NCBI RefSeq assembly: GCF_004010195.1
Contig: NC_057718.1
Coordinates: forward strand, 37,366,006-37,430,005
Reading direction: 5' to 3'
DNA length: 64,000 nt
From: Chiloscyllium plagiosum
Lineage: Eukaryota
Positions 12,823 to 25,625 of this stretch are shown here, one piece after another. A program made the translations under genes and the position numbers. The notes under the pieces were generated by a model. The model made no database searches, was not told where the DNA came from, and saw nothing but the letters and a program-made list of their open reading frames with translations. The first letter of the stretch is position 1. The number at the start of each line of letters is the position of its first letter.

Positions 12823-14200
12823 ATAGAGTCAGAGTTATACAGCATGGAAACCGACCTTTCAGTCTAACTTGTCTATGCCATTCAGATATCCTGAACTGAT
12901 CTAGTCCCATATGGCAGCATTTGGCCCACTTCTTTCTCAACCCTTATTATTCATGTACCAATCCAGGTGCTTTTTAAACGTTGTAATTGTACCCGCCTTC
13001 ACCACGTCCTCTGGCAGCTCATTCCATACACACACTACCCTGTGCATGAAAAAAAGCTGCCCCTCATGTCCCTTTTAAATCTTTCCGCTCTCGCTGTTAA
13101 ACCTATGACGTCTAGTTTTGGACTCCCCCACCCTAGGAAAATGATCTTGGCTATTCACCCTATCCATGCCCCTCATAATTTTATAAACCTCTATAACGTC
13201 ACTCTTCAGCTTCTGACATTCCAGGGAAAGAATCCGCAGCCTCTCGCTATAGCTCAAACCCTCCAATCCTGACATCATTGCAAATCTTTTCTGAACTCTT
13301 TCACGTTTAACATTATCTTTTCTGTAGTGAAGTGACCAGAATTGAAGCAGTATTCTAAAAACGGCCTCACCAATATCCTGTACAGCCACAACTGCACATC
13401 CCAATTCATGTATTCAATGCACTGACACGGAAGGTAAGTGTGCCAAATGCTTTCTTCACCACCGTCTACCTTCGACTACACACCTGCACCCCTAGGTCTC
13501 TTTGTTTGGCAACACTCCACAGGTCCCTACCACTAACTGTGTAAGTCCTGCCTGGTTTGCCTTTACAAAATGCAACAGTTCATAATTTTCAAAAATAAAC
13601 TCTATCTGCGACTCCTTGGCCCTTTGGCCGATTTGATCATGGTCCCATTATACTCTGAGATAACCTTATGCACTATCCACTACACCATTTATTTTGGTAT
13701 CATCTATAAACTTCCTAACCATATCTCCTATATTCACATTTATATAAATGATGAAAAGCAGTGGACTCGGTACCGATCCTTGTGGCACACGGCTGATAGA
13801 CAATGTCTATCATCAATCTTCTTTGTCACCTCTTCAGAAAATTCAATCAATTTAGACAGACATGCTTTCCCATGCTCAAAGCCATATTGACTATCTCTAA
13901 AGAATCCTTGCCTTTCCAAATGCATCTAAATCCTCTCCCTCAGCAACAACTTGCCCACTACTGACGTCAGGCTCACTGGTCTATAGTTCCCTAACTTGTC
14001 CTTACAGCTTTCCTTAAAAATGGCACCATGTTAGCCAACTGCCAGTCTTCCAGCACATCACCCATGGCTATCAATGATACAAACATCTTAACAAGGAGCC
14101 TAACAATCTCTTCCCCAGCTTCTCACAAATTTCTGACATATATCTGATCAGGTCATGGTGATTTATTTATCTTTATGCGCTAGAAGACCATCTGCACCTT
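12823..14200 (-). mobile_element. HER1-like CR1 fragment nested in older CR1
   Basis: QFWSLHYRKDNVKRERVQKRFAMMSGLEGLSYSERL; QYGFEHGKACLSKLIEFSEEVTK; internal deletions. Confidence 0.9.
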
Positions 14201-15111
14201 CTCTTGTTTGCTGATCGTTTGTAGAGAATCCTCTATTCTTCCTGCCAAAGTGCATAATCTTACATTTTCCCATATTCTGTTCCATCTCTAAGTTTTTGAT
14301 CCATTCAGTTAATCTGTCTTTATCCCTCTGCAGATTGTCATTCTCACCACTTGCCTACCCACCTATTTTTGTGTCACCCACAAAGCTCAACATTAGTACA
14401 TTCACCTCCCTCATCCAAGCCATTAATAAATATTGCACTGATCCCTGCGGCACCCCACAAGCTACAGGTTACCATTCAGAAAATTGCCCCCTTATTTTGA
14501 CCTTCTGTCTTCTATTAGTCAAATCTCTAATGATGCAATATAATACCTCCAACATCAGGAGCTGCTATCATACTAAATACCCTAAAGTGTATCTTACCAA
14601 ATGCCTTCTGAAAATCCAAATATGTTGCATGTACCGATCCCCTATTAACTGTTTTACTTATTAGTTCCTCAAAGAATTCTAATAAATTTCACAGGCATGA
14701 TTTCTGCTTCCTGAACCCCTGCTAACTCTGCTTGATCATATTGTGTCTTTCTAAATGTTCTGCTATTTCAGTCTAATAATAGACACTAACCTTTTCCCAA
14801 TAACAAACATTAAGCCAACTGGCCTATGATTAGCTGTTTTGTCTCTTTTCCCTTTCAAGTAAAGGTGTTACTTTGGCAGTTTTCCAATCCTTTGTGAGTT
14901 TTCCAGAAACTAAGGATTTTTGGCAGATTACCGCCATCTCTTTAGCTACTTCTTATTATATCCTAGGATGCATCCCATCAGGTCCAATGGGACATTTTTC
15001 GTCTTTAGCCTCATTAATTTCCTTAACATGTTTTGTCTAATGACAGTTATTGCGTTTAGTCCCTCTTTTTCTTTTGCCCGTTGATTATATAGTTATGTTG
15101 GAATGTTATTA

Positions 15112-15856
15112 CTGCAGGACTTATACACTTAATGGTAAGGTCCTGGGGAGTGTTGCTGAACAAAGAGACCTTGGAGTGCAGCTTCATAGTTTCTTGCAAG
15201 TTGAGTCACAGGTAGACAGGATAGTGAAGAAGACATTTAGTATGCTTTCCTTTATTGGTCAGAAACTTGAGTATAGGAGTTGGGAGGTCATGTTGTGGCT
15301 GTATAGGACATTGGTTAGGCCACTTTTGGAGTATTGTGTGCAATCCTGATCTCCTTCTTATAGGAAGGACATTGCAAAGGGTTTTGCAAAGATTTACAAG
15401 GATGTTGACAGGGTTAGAGGTTTTGAGATATAGGGAGAGGCTGAATAGGGGCTGTTTTCCCTGGAATGTTGAAGGCTGAGGGGTGACCTTACAGAGGTTA
15501 CAAAATCTTGAGGGGTATGGATAGGATAAATAAATAAGGTCTTTTCCCTGGGGTGGGGAAGTCCAAAACTAGAGGGCATAGGTTTAGGGTGAGAGGGGAA
15601 AGATATAAAAGGGGCCTAAGGGGCAACTTTTCATGTAGAGCATGGTGCCTGACTGGAATGAGCTGCCAGAGGAAGTGGTGGCGGCTGGTACAATTACAGC
15701 ATTTAAATGGCATCTGGATGGGTACATAAATAGGAAGGGTTTAAAGGGCTATTGTTCAAATATTAGCAAATGGGACTAGATTAATTTAGGATATCTGGTC
15801 AGCATGGACGAGTTGGACTGCAGGGTCTGTTTCTGTGCTGTGCGTCTCTATGACTT
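15112..15856 (+). mobile_element. HER1-like CR1 3' fragment nested in older CR1
   Basis: YTLNGKVLGSVAEQRDLGVQLH...LYRTLVRPLLEYCVQ; tail gggtctgtttctgtgctgtgcgtctctatgact. Confidence 0.9.
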
Positions 15857-17021
15857 TAAAATATTTATTCAATTCCTCGACCATTTCCTGGTTCCCATTA
15901 TTATTTCGTCAGCCTCATTCTGTAAGGGTCCTATGTTCACCTTGTCATCTTTCTTCTTTCTTATATATTTAAATAAACTCTTGCTGTCCATTCTTTGTAC
16001 TCCCTGTAAGTTTACTCAACGTTTATTTTCTCCCACTTTATTAATTTTTGGTGAGCTTTAGTTGGTTTTTAAAACTTTCCCAACTCTCTGGTTTACCACT
16101 AATTTTTACCACATTGTATGCTTTTTATTTCAATTTGATGTTATGCTTAGCTTCCCTGGTTAACCATGGTTGTGTTTATCCCTTTAGTGGAATTCTTCTT
16201 CCTCATCATGAACCATAAACTACTTCCCTGAATGTCTGCCATTGTTCCTCAACAGTCTTCAGTGTTCAACTCATTTCCCAGTCCACCCCAGCCAGCTGTG
16301 CCCTCATTCCTTTGTGATTATCCTTATTTGAGTGTAGAACAGTTGTCTGCAACCCAAATTCTCATATTAAATGCTAAATTCTATCATGTTATGGTTACTG
16401 TTTCTAAGGGGATCCTTTAGTCTAACATTATTTATTAAACCCACCTCATTATACATTACCAGGTTGGATCCACAACATATTATTCCAGGAAACTGTCCCG
16501 ACTACACTGTCTGAATATTCCCTCATGACTACCTCTGTCAATTTGATTTTCCCAATCTACATGAAGATTAAGATTACTCATGATTAATGCATTGCCTTTG
16601 TTACATGCCTTCATAATCTCCTGGTTTATTCTCTGTCCCACCATTTAGCTACTGTTAGGGAGCCTATAGGTTACTTCTACTTGTGTCTCCTTCCCTTTTG
16701 CATTTCTTACCTCTACCCAGATCATTTCTTGCTATTGCACATATTCCATCCCATACTAACAAGCTATCACACCACCCTCTCCTTCAAAGTCACATCCTCC
16801 TGAGTAAGTAGTTCCTAGCTTTGATCTCCTTGTAACCATATCTCTCTAATGGCTATAGGTTCGTGTCCATTAACCTGTATTTGTGCTATAAATTAATTAA
16901 TTTTGTACTGGGTACTACACACATACATATAGAGCCAATCATTTTGCTTTTTTACCATTTTGTCTGTCTTTGTTCCTACTTACTGCTGTTTTTCTATATT
17001 TGTATACTATCTACTCCTCGT

Positions 17022-17353
17022 GGGGCAGCACGGTGGTTCAGTGGTTACTACTACTGCCTGACAGCGCCAGGGACCCAAGTTCAATTCCAACCTCGGGCGA
17101 CTGTCTGTGTGGAGTTTGCACATTCTCCCAGTGTCTGCGTGGGTTTCCTTCGGGTGCTCCGGTTTCCTCCCACAGGTCAGGTAAATTGGCCATGCTAAAT
17201 TGCCCATAGTGTTCAGGGATGTGTAGTATAGGTGCATTACTCGGGAGTAAATTTAGGATAATAGATTAGGGGAATGGATCTTGGGGGTTACTTTTCGGAG
17301 GGCCGGTGTGGACTTGTTGGGCTGAAGGGCCTCTTTCCTGTAGGGATTCTATT
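17022..17353 (+). mobile_element. HE1-like V-SINE, full length
   Basis: tRNA head GGGGCAGCACGGTGGTTCAGTGGTTA...GTTCAATTCC; V domain ctgtctgtgtggagtttgcacattctcc; CR1-type tail gggctgaagggcct. Confidence 0.9.
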
Positions 17354-17914
17354 AGAACATAGAACATTACAGCGCAGTACAGGCCCTTCGGCCCTCGATG
17401 TTGCGCCGCCCTGTCATACTAATCTGAAGCCCATCCCACCTATTCCATGTACGTCGATATGCCTGTCCAATGACGACTTAAATACACTTAAACTTGGCGA
17501 ATCTACTACCATTGCAGGCAAAGCATTCTATACCCTTACTACACTCTGAGTAAAGAAACTACCTCTGACATCTGTCTTATACCTATCTCCCCTCACTTGA
17601 AAGTTGTGTCCCCTCATGTTTGCCGTCCCCATACTTGGAAAAAGGCTCTCCCTGTCCACCCTATATAACCCTCTGATTATCTTGTATGTATCTATTGAGT
17701 CACCTCTCAACCTTCTTCTCTCTAACGAGAACAGCCTCAAGGCCCTCAGCCTTTCCTCGTAAGACATTCCTTCAATACCAGGCAACATCCTAGTAAATCT
17801 CCTCTGCATCCTTTCCAAAGCTTCCACATTCTTCTTATAATGCGGTGACCAGAACTGTACACAATACTCCAAGTGTGGCCATACCAGAGCTTTGTACAGC
17901 TGCAGCATAACTGC
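17354..17914 (-). mobile_element. Young 5'-truncated CR1 inserted tail-to-tail in the SINE tail
   Basis: ORF 17528-17908 MLQLYKALVWPHLEYCVQFWSPHYKK...; TSD ATTCTATT at 17346-17353 and 17915-17922. Confidence 0.9.
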
Positions 17915-18319
17915 ATTCTATTCTCTCCCACTCTGGGTACCGATATCCAAGAGGCTGCTCTGTAATGCTGCCATATTCTCCTGCATTTTAAGTTCACATG
18001 CCTCCTTTTCCAAACTCTCCTTCCTCTAATGAATTTATAGCTCTCTCTCCAGCATTCCACTGCTGATAATGAAACTGAATCAGAATTGAAATGACTGCTT
18101 CAAATGGGTAAGCCAGGAATGTACACAATACTGTCACCTGAGCCAGATCGTCTACACAAACTGCTTTCAGTCTTGCTATCGACAAAATGGAGAAACGGTA
18201 ACTTCCTGTCCGAATGATCAATTTATTCCTGAATTTGTTTTGTTTTTTTCATCTTTTATAAAATCCTTGATGAATGTTTAGGACTGAATAAGACCAGAGG
18301 ATAGATGCAAGGCCAGGAA

Positions 18320-18680
18320 AGGTGACGGGGGGGGGAAAGAAAAAAGAGGGATGAAATGGATAGAACAGAGCTGGGGGGATATTCTGCAGAGTCTGCAAGA
18401 GGGGAAACATGGTGTGAAAGGTAAAGGAATTAGGCAGAAGGCAAGACTTTGGTTTCCAGACAGCAGGCTGAGACACGGAGAAAATGTTAGTGGTACAAAC
18501 GGCAGAAAACAGGGATGTGGCAAAAGCAAAAGAGAGAGAAAAAGAGGATAAACCATAAATGCAGAGAACTGGCAAAAAATTGCAAAGAAGTGAAAGACAG
18601 AGAAAGGTGGAGAAGAGAAAGAAAGGGAGAGAAGGAAGGAGAACAAAAGGAGTGGGAGTAGGAGAGGGAGGAGCAGAGAG
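18320..18680 (+). repeat. Purine-rich low-complexity tract
   Basis: GA-rich on plus strand; explains spurious L/F/S/P-rich minus ORFs. Confidence 0.7.
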
Positions 18681-18708
18681 GTCAACCTGTGAGACCTTAA
18701 ATAGTCAA

Positions 18709-18857
18709 AGTTAAAAATCATACAACACCAGGTTATAGTCCAACAGGTTTATTTTGAAATATAAGCTTTTGGAGCGCTGCTCCTTTGTTGGACTATAACC
18801 TGATGTTGTGGGATTTTTAATTTTGTCCACCCTAGTCCAACACTGGCAATTCCACAT
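18709..18857. mobile_element. PLE family B inverted pseudo-LTR mini-insertion
   Basis: Inverted arms acaacaccaggttatagtccaaca / tgttggactataacctgatgttgt; TSD CTTAAATA(G/A)TCAA at 18696-18708 and 18858-18870. Confidence 0.8.
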
Positions 18858-20554
18858 CTTAAATAATCAATGCATTTGCTTAGCTGCTTCAGAATTTACA
18901 TTTCAGTTCCACAAGTAATCCTTAAAACATCAAAACTATGTCCCATTATCTCTTAGTCAGCTAAGTAAACTCTTCTGGCCAACTGGTAGGCACTAAATAA
19001 AAATTCTAAAATTTTCACTATCCAAAGGGGATAAAATTCAAGATTATTTGAATGTAAACTTGTAAAATTTTAATTGTAAGTTTTCATCCCCGTGATTTGA
19101 GTGAGCTGATTTCAGAAATCTGAGCTGAGTCTCCAGCAAGTAGCAAAGTTGAAAAGTAGTCCCTCTGTGTTAGATTTCGTTACCAGGTCAGTGCGGAAGA
19201 TTGGCAGAATTTAAAGCCTTCCCTAGTGTGAGTTGAGAAAGGATGGCATTTATTCAGGCAGGAAGGTGCTGAGTGGGGACGCTGCCACAGTCCCCACTTT
19301 ACCCCAAATAAGCCTGGGACAGAGATGCTGATGGATGGCTTGCCTTCCCCAATATCTCTGATGGTCAGCATGTCTGAGGGGAGGGATTTCTGACTGTAGG
19401 GTCCTTCATCCCTGGAGGTTCTGCTGCTGGATAATGAAATGCCTATAAGCAGTTAAACTGGTGGATCTTGTCCAGCAGGGGTGACAGAGGGCTCTGCTGG
19501 CTCTCCAGCTAACATTACATGGATTAAATTCTACTTTCTTCCACCTTATTAAATAGGAATCCAAGGATTTGGCCAGTAAATCTTCCAACTTTCCTTCTGC
19601 CTCTTAAACCTGCAACCATCCTTCTTGGTTTGGGCTCTGGAGAGCCAACACCAACACCAAATTCTCAATAATCAGGTCTTTCCAACAAACCAGTCAAAAC
19701 GTTTGATCTCGCAATCCCATTTCTCAGGCAATGAGCAAATGACTAAGCCGCCAACCTGGGCAGCAGGAAGCATGCATTCATTATGAGCTAGATGTGCTAC
19801 ACCCCATTTTGGTATTAGCAAAGCAAAGGTGCAAACAGGAATAGTGCTTAACAGGTGTGAGGCTCCTTGCCTGAGCAAAACTGAAGAGAAACTGTCTGAG
19901 GTCCTCTGCCTAAAATTGGATTGCTCCGAATTCAGTTAGGATTTAAATATTAGATCAAATAGTATCCACGTTTTTCAAAATTCCTACTTGGTGAACATAC
20001 CAAAAGTGACACAATTGATTGCAAGTCCATAACTCTTGTGATTTATGACATAATTTGTGACTGTATGAGATTACTGAGTGAGTCATTTTGAGGTAAAATT
20101 TCTTTTATGCATCTGAGCTCTTTTTCTGGTTGAAGTAATACTGTCAGCATTTCAGATGACGACAGTCTCGGGGAACAGTGCAGCTGGTTCTCTCTTCTGT
20201 TTACATTTTCAGGTAAACAATACCTGATGTATAACTGCTTTTGGGAATACATTTCTGACCCCGTTTATGTTACTGGTTTAATTGCTCATTCAGCTGCAAA
20301 TTTCACAGTGAGCCAGCTGCACCAATAAGCTTTCTTTTAAAAAAATCAATGAAATAAGACCATAAATTACACGTTACAAAAGTAATTCTCCCTACAGTAT
20401 TGATAATTTGGTTTCCACTTCAGGATCAATCTGTCAGCTACAGTTCTGAAAGCTCAAAGTAAAATTAATCCAGATTCATTTTAAACTTTTCAATTTTTTT
20501 AATGATGACCGCTACATGTATTCCAGGAAGAATTTCTCTTGAGATAAAGGACCA

Positions 20555-20710
20555 ACAGTTACAACATTTAAAAGGCATTTGGATAAGTATATGAATAGGA
20601 AAGCATTGGAGGGATAAGACCAAGCACAAGCAAGTGGACTAGTTTAGTTTGGGAGTAGGGTCAGTGTAGATGGGTCTGTTTCCATGCTGTATGACTCTAT
20701 GACTCTGTGA
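20555..20710 (+). mobile_element. CR1 3' tail fragment
   Basis: acatttaaaaggcatttggataagtatatgaatagg...ctgtatgactctatgactct. Confidence 0.85.
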
Positions 20711-20834
20711 CCACTTTCAGATTCATGCAGCATAAAGGAACATTGCACAAGAACAGTGGTCCATGAAGTGTATTTCCTTGCATTGATTTCATAATGTTGT
20801 CAATTCTGCAGATTTGCATTGGTCGTTTATCACT

Positions 20835-21833
20835 GGGGTGGGATTATCTGTGTGGACTTTGGGACCTTACTTTCAAGGTCAAAAGTGGGTCAGAAGCTGA
20901 CACTGTGTGGGGAGCAGTGACCCCACTGCGTTGCATCCAAATTGACCAAGTTGCCAGAAGGCAGACCCATGTAGCAATTAGAGCTAGCAAGTGGGCTGTC
21001 AAAAGTGGAGGACCATTAATAGGAGTGGCAGCAGACAGGTGAGAGAGAGGGTGGCCCAAAATGGAGAAACGTAAAAATTTGTTTAAAATGTCCTTTGTAT
21101 CCAAACCAGCATTCTGGACGGGAAGCTCAGTACAGGGTGGTTTATGGCTTCAGGCAGGAAGGACGGGCCTGACAGCTTGGGCTAGGTTTTACAAGCCATC
21201 CAACAAGAAAGCAATCTGTGGACCAGGCCTACCTGACCCCCGCCCCAATTTTACAGTGGGCCTTCTGCCCACCGCTCTACTGTTTTTATCAATTAAGGTT
21301 CTCATCCCACTGCCACTCTGATGGCACAGACTTTGGGAGGTGCTTGTGCCCAGCACATAACCTGGCAGGTATGACCCTGTCGGAAACTAGTCAATGGTTG
21401 GGAGATGGAAGGAGAGGGCATGTTGTGCCTATATCTCAGGTCCCTATGCCTCCCCACACCTAACGTCCACACCATGCCACCACACCCCACCCTGTTCAAT
21501 GTGCCCACCATCCCCCTCTAAGGGGGCTGTTGCTGATTTGCCTGGATTTGAGGGAAAGGCATGGTCTCCTTAACCCCCACCCAAGCCTCCTGCATCACCA
21601 GCAGTAACTACCAGCCCAGAGCTGGTGCAGAGCTGCTCATCTCCAGTTGGTCACAAGTTCTAAGAGGTGGGACTTCCTATAGGAAAGTAAATTATAGTTC
21701 AGCTTCAGGATAATAAAAAGATTACCTTCTGTAAAATTAAAGCAGGAAAGGTGGGACTCAGCAGAATGAAATTATTGCCAATGAAATTATTGCTAGAATG
21801 TGGGGAACATGCGCTTAGCTGACAATCCACCCC
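20835..21833. mobile_element. Putative non-autonomous Harbinger-type element (about 1 kb)
   Basis: Imperfect TIR GGGGTGGGATTAT / ACAATCCACCCC with 3-bp ACT on both sides. Confidence 0.4.
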
Positions 21834-22544
21834 ACTCTTGAGGCGGACTGGAAAATTGGCTTTTAACCACCACTAGGAGAAAGTGAGGACTAAAGATATG
21901 AATTTAATCATCACTGACTGGTTCAGTGCTGGCCCTGCCCAGGACCCAAAAATCCAGTTACTGATGTTACAACACGAGTGAATTCACACCAGTTTAACAG
22001 AACCATCAGCGTGAATGGGCCATTTGCTGAAATGGTAGTGTCTATAAGTATCAAAGTTGTGTAAATCTGAAGCTATGTAGCTCACTGATTAAAATCTACT
22101 TTAGTATATGCTCGAAATAATCTCAAGACTTAATCAACATGAAATAGCAAATGACCTCACTCCTGCAATCAGCAGGGAGGTATCTAGTGAGCTCAGAAAA
22201 ATTGATTGGTTGAAGCCTTTATTTATGTTACTGTTAATGCTGTCAGTTCAAATCAATCGCTACCTTCCCAAACGTATGCGAGAATTAATTGACATTTAAA
22301 TGAAAGTGGAATAAAGTCTTATTGTATGTACATGATATAAATGATTGATTGCAGCAATCAGCCAAGTGTAACTTGTGTTGCTGGCTGGCAGAGAGTTCAA
22401 TGGAAAGCTCAGTAACATTCATCACCAACACTTGTTCCAGCTTATCTACTTCTCTTAAAGGCAGTCTGTCCTCTTAAGGGAGAACTGTGGCCGTGACAGC
22501 AGAGAAGCTGCTGCTGAGGAGGACACCAACTTGAGAATCAGGCA

Positions 22545-23005
22545 AAGGAAGAGGGCTCCCAGCTTCTTGGACGCTGTACTGGAAGATTTAGTTCACAGAA
22601 AGTGAGTCCACAGGGAACTGGGTGGTCGTCAATGAAGAACCTCCAAGGGAATGAGAACAAATGAAAAGGAAAATTTAGTGCCAGAAGAAGTTCAATGATG
22701 TCCCGTGGGAGGCCAGGTTCAATGCATCTCCAAATACAATAAAAACAACTCCATTGCTCCATATACAACATCCCAGTCACTCATCAGTCAGGACTAAGGT
22801 TAGATGCTCCACTTTATTCTCACACACCTACCAATGATACCAGCCTCACACATACCTCTTGCAACCTCCATTTAACCATCCCTGCCTAGCTATTCGGCAA
22901 TGGCAGGCACATCGCTCAAGCACACTGACACTCTTTACTCTCTCTCATAGGGCAAGGTGAACCACAACCAGAGGAAACAGAGTAGACCCAGAGGGGCAGG
23001 CCTAG
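22545..23005 (+). pseudogene. Harbinger Myb/SANT-like DNA-binding gene relic
   Basis: RQRKRAPSFLDAVLEDLV...CQKKFNDV then, after an intron-like stretch ending ctctctcatag, AKVNHNQRKQSRPRG. Confidence 0.6.
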
Positions 23006-23404
23006 CTGAGCTGGCGAAGTCTATTGAGGTATCTGTGCTCAACAATATGAGAGTTGATTGATACATTAGTCATTACATTACATTACAGTGCCACTCAGAA
23101 CGATGTTACCTTCCTGCTTTAAACGCCTGTCAATTTTTCCTCATTCAAACCCTTCACTTCTTTCAATATTGCTCTTTTAGACACCGATAAAGCACTGCCT
23201 GGCAAGCTACCACATGAGCAAGGGTAAGAGCTGTGCCCGACCTTTAAGAGAAGAAGCCCCTTTACTTGATCTAACACAAATGGCCACAAACTTAGATGCT
23301 GGCGATGTGCAGACCAGATCAGAAGAATAATACAGACTATCTACCAGATCCCCTGAGAGTGAGATTGCACACAAGTTCTGCTACAGAGACCTCAGATGAG
23401 TTTT

Positions 23405-23737
23405 TTTTAATTCACAGGATTTGGGCGTGTCTATCCAGGCCACCATTTATTACCCATCCCTAATTGCTCAGAGGTTAGTCAAGAGTTAACACATTGCAGT
23501 GGGTCATGTAGGCCAGGCCAAGTAAGAACAGCAGTTTCCTTCCCGAAAGTGAACAAGATTATTGTTTTCCCAACAACTGATTATTGTTTCATGGTTACCA
23601 TTAGACTCCTAATTCCAGATATTAATTGAATTCAAATTGCAATGTATGCCATGGTAGGATTCGAAACTGTGTTCCCAGACCATTACCAGGGTCTCTAGAT
23701 TAATAGGACAGGAATAATACCACCAGACCTCACCTCC
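23405..23737 (-). mobile_element. S1 SINE
   Basis: Reverse of head (ggattcgaa B box at about 23657) and tail (catttattacccatccctaattgc). Confidence 0.85.
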
Positions 23738-24139
23738 TGGTTGCCTTCAGGAGGAGATCAATGCATATGCACAGATACTTGTTGCATAGAGAGCCCGCCG
23801 GACTAACTGCTGTCACCATCAAAAAGCATACAGGAGTCTGAACCCAAGCTGACTGAAGACATTGTGTAGAGTTTGCAATACATTGGTAGTCAGTTCCATC
23901 ACAACATGCGTGGACTTACACAATGTGTGGCTGCATCAGCTTCTACTGCAGCACAGGCAGAAGTGACCTAACATTGGAATTAAAAAACAGATAGGTAAAG
24001 CTTATAAAGGGAAGGAAAATATCACCATTCTTCGACAAATACTGCACTGACAACTGTTAACTTTAGAAGTATAAAATATCAGCTTAATTCGTGTATATGA
24101 GGAGAACAAACTTGCACATAGCCCAGACAGCAGTAATTA

Positions 24140-24290
24140 TAATCAGTCAGGCAGCGTATGTGGAGAGAAAGCAAAGTTAACGTCTCGGTTCTAGTGACCT
24201 TTCTTCAAAATACTGTTCTGCATTCTGCCAGACCTGCTGAGTTTCTTCTGTTCTTCTTTCAGAGTTACAGCATCCACAGTTTTTTTTGTC
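24140..24290. mobile_element. PLE family C pseudo-LTR remnant (inverted pair)
   Basis: gtggagagaaagcaaagttaacgtctcgg...cttcttca then gccagacctgctgagttt. Confidence 0.65.
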
Positions 24291-24727
24291 TTATTTTATA
24301 TTCTTGTATTCAACCTGCGATAAGTGGAACACTACTACTGTGCCATGAAACCCTAGTAGTAATTGAAAACGTTGTATAAACACCTATTTGAGAGCTATAC
24401 CCAGGCCTCATTCTCAAGAGACCCCAATATTCCCAGGAAAAAATCAATAATGAGGGTGGGAAACCTATCGGAAAAGATCATTGTTCCCCATTTGCAAGAG
24501 ACAGAATGCGTAAGGAAATTCTCACCCAATCACAGGTTCTTTTGCTCCTGAATATGTGATTGGAGAAGCAGCAAGGGTGGGAGTTTGGGAGCCTATGACT
24601 GAAGGAGTGTTTCTAAGACCAGTTGACGCCAAGCATCCGTGGGTCCAAAATTAGACATTCAAAACTGATCCACAGCTGGAAAACTCAGGCCTGACAGAAA
24701 GTTCACCAAACTAAATTAAACAGCAGC

Positions 24728-25330
24728 GGAAAATGTGTTGCTGGAAAAGCGCAGCAGGTCAGGCAGCATCCAAGGAACAGGAGAATTGACGTTTCGGGCA
24801 TAAGCCCTTCTTCAGGAATGAGGAAAGTGTGTCCAGCAGGCTAAGATAAAAGGTAGGGAGGAGGGACTTGGGGGAGGGGCTTTGGAAATGCGATAGGTGG
24901 AGGGAGGTCAAGGTGAGGGTGATAGGCCAGAGTGGGGTGNNNNNNNNNNNNNNNNNNNNNNNNNNNNNNNNNNNNNNNNNNNNNNNNNNNNNNNNNNNNN
25001 NNNNNNNNNNNNNNNNNNNNNNNNNNNNNNNNNNNNNNNNNNNNNNNNNNNNNNNNNNNNNNNNNNNNNNNNNNNNNNNNNNNNNNNNNNNNNNNNNNNN
25101 NNNNNNNNNNNNNNNNNNNNNNNNNNNNNNNNNNNNNNNNNNNNNNNNNNNNNNNNNNNNNNNNNNNNNNNNNNAGGGGGGAGGTGTGGGCGCAAGTTTT
25201 GCATTTCTTGCGGTTGCAGGGGAAGGTGCCGGGAGTGGAGGTTGGGTCGGTGGGGGGTGTGGACCTGATGAGGGAGTCACGGAGGGAGTGGTCTTTTCGG
25301 AACTCTGATAGGGGAGGGGAGGGAAATATA
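24728..25330 (-). mobile_element. PLE family A truncated insertion spanning an assembly gap (24940-25174)
   Basis: DHSLRDSLIRSTPPT...FPCNRKKCKTC linker plus pseudo-LTR; 16-bp TSD TAAATTAAACAGCAGC at 24712-24727 and 25331-25346. Confidence 0.9.
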
Positions 25331-25529
25331 TAAATTAAACAGCAGCCTGCAGCCATCAGAGCGAGATCAAAGAAGAATCAATTACAACCAGACCAAGGGT
25401 TGTGGATTGGAGAAATGTCAATTAGAAGTTTTGGCATCTTGACTACCTAAGTATGTGCACTTTATGCCTCCCAGCATGGCAACAGGAAAGGTTGCTGGCA
25501 TGACACCATTGGATGATTCGAACCCAGTC

Positions 25530-25625
25530 GAAAAATGTGACACTGGAAAAGCATAGCTGGCCAGGCAACAACCACGGAGCAGGAGAGTCGTTGTTTCAGG
25601 ACATAAGCCCTTCATCAGGAATGTG
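25530..25625 (-). mobile_element. PLE pseudo-LTR fragment
   Basis: ctggaaaagcatagctggccaggca...cataagcccttcatcagg. Confidence 0.75.

Larger units (their letters stand above)
12128..16935 (-). mobile_element. Near-complete degenerate CR1 ORF2 (endonuclease to 3' tail), interrupted by two other CR1 insertions
   Basis: 3' tail at 12128; RT remnants 14230-15000; APE endonuclease N-terminus remnant near 16800-16935. Confidence 0.75.

Noticed and set aside
17022..17095. tRNA gene
   Set aside because: tRNA-derived head of an HE1-like SINE; the same applies to the other A/B-box hits
18249..18721. Hydrophobic signal-peptide-like ORFs
   Set aside because: Antisense of a purine-rich low-complexity tract
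24759..25356. Several long ORFs
   Set aside because: Artifacts of the N gap (24940-25174) within a PLE
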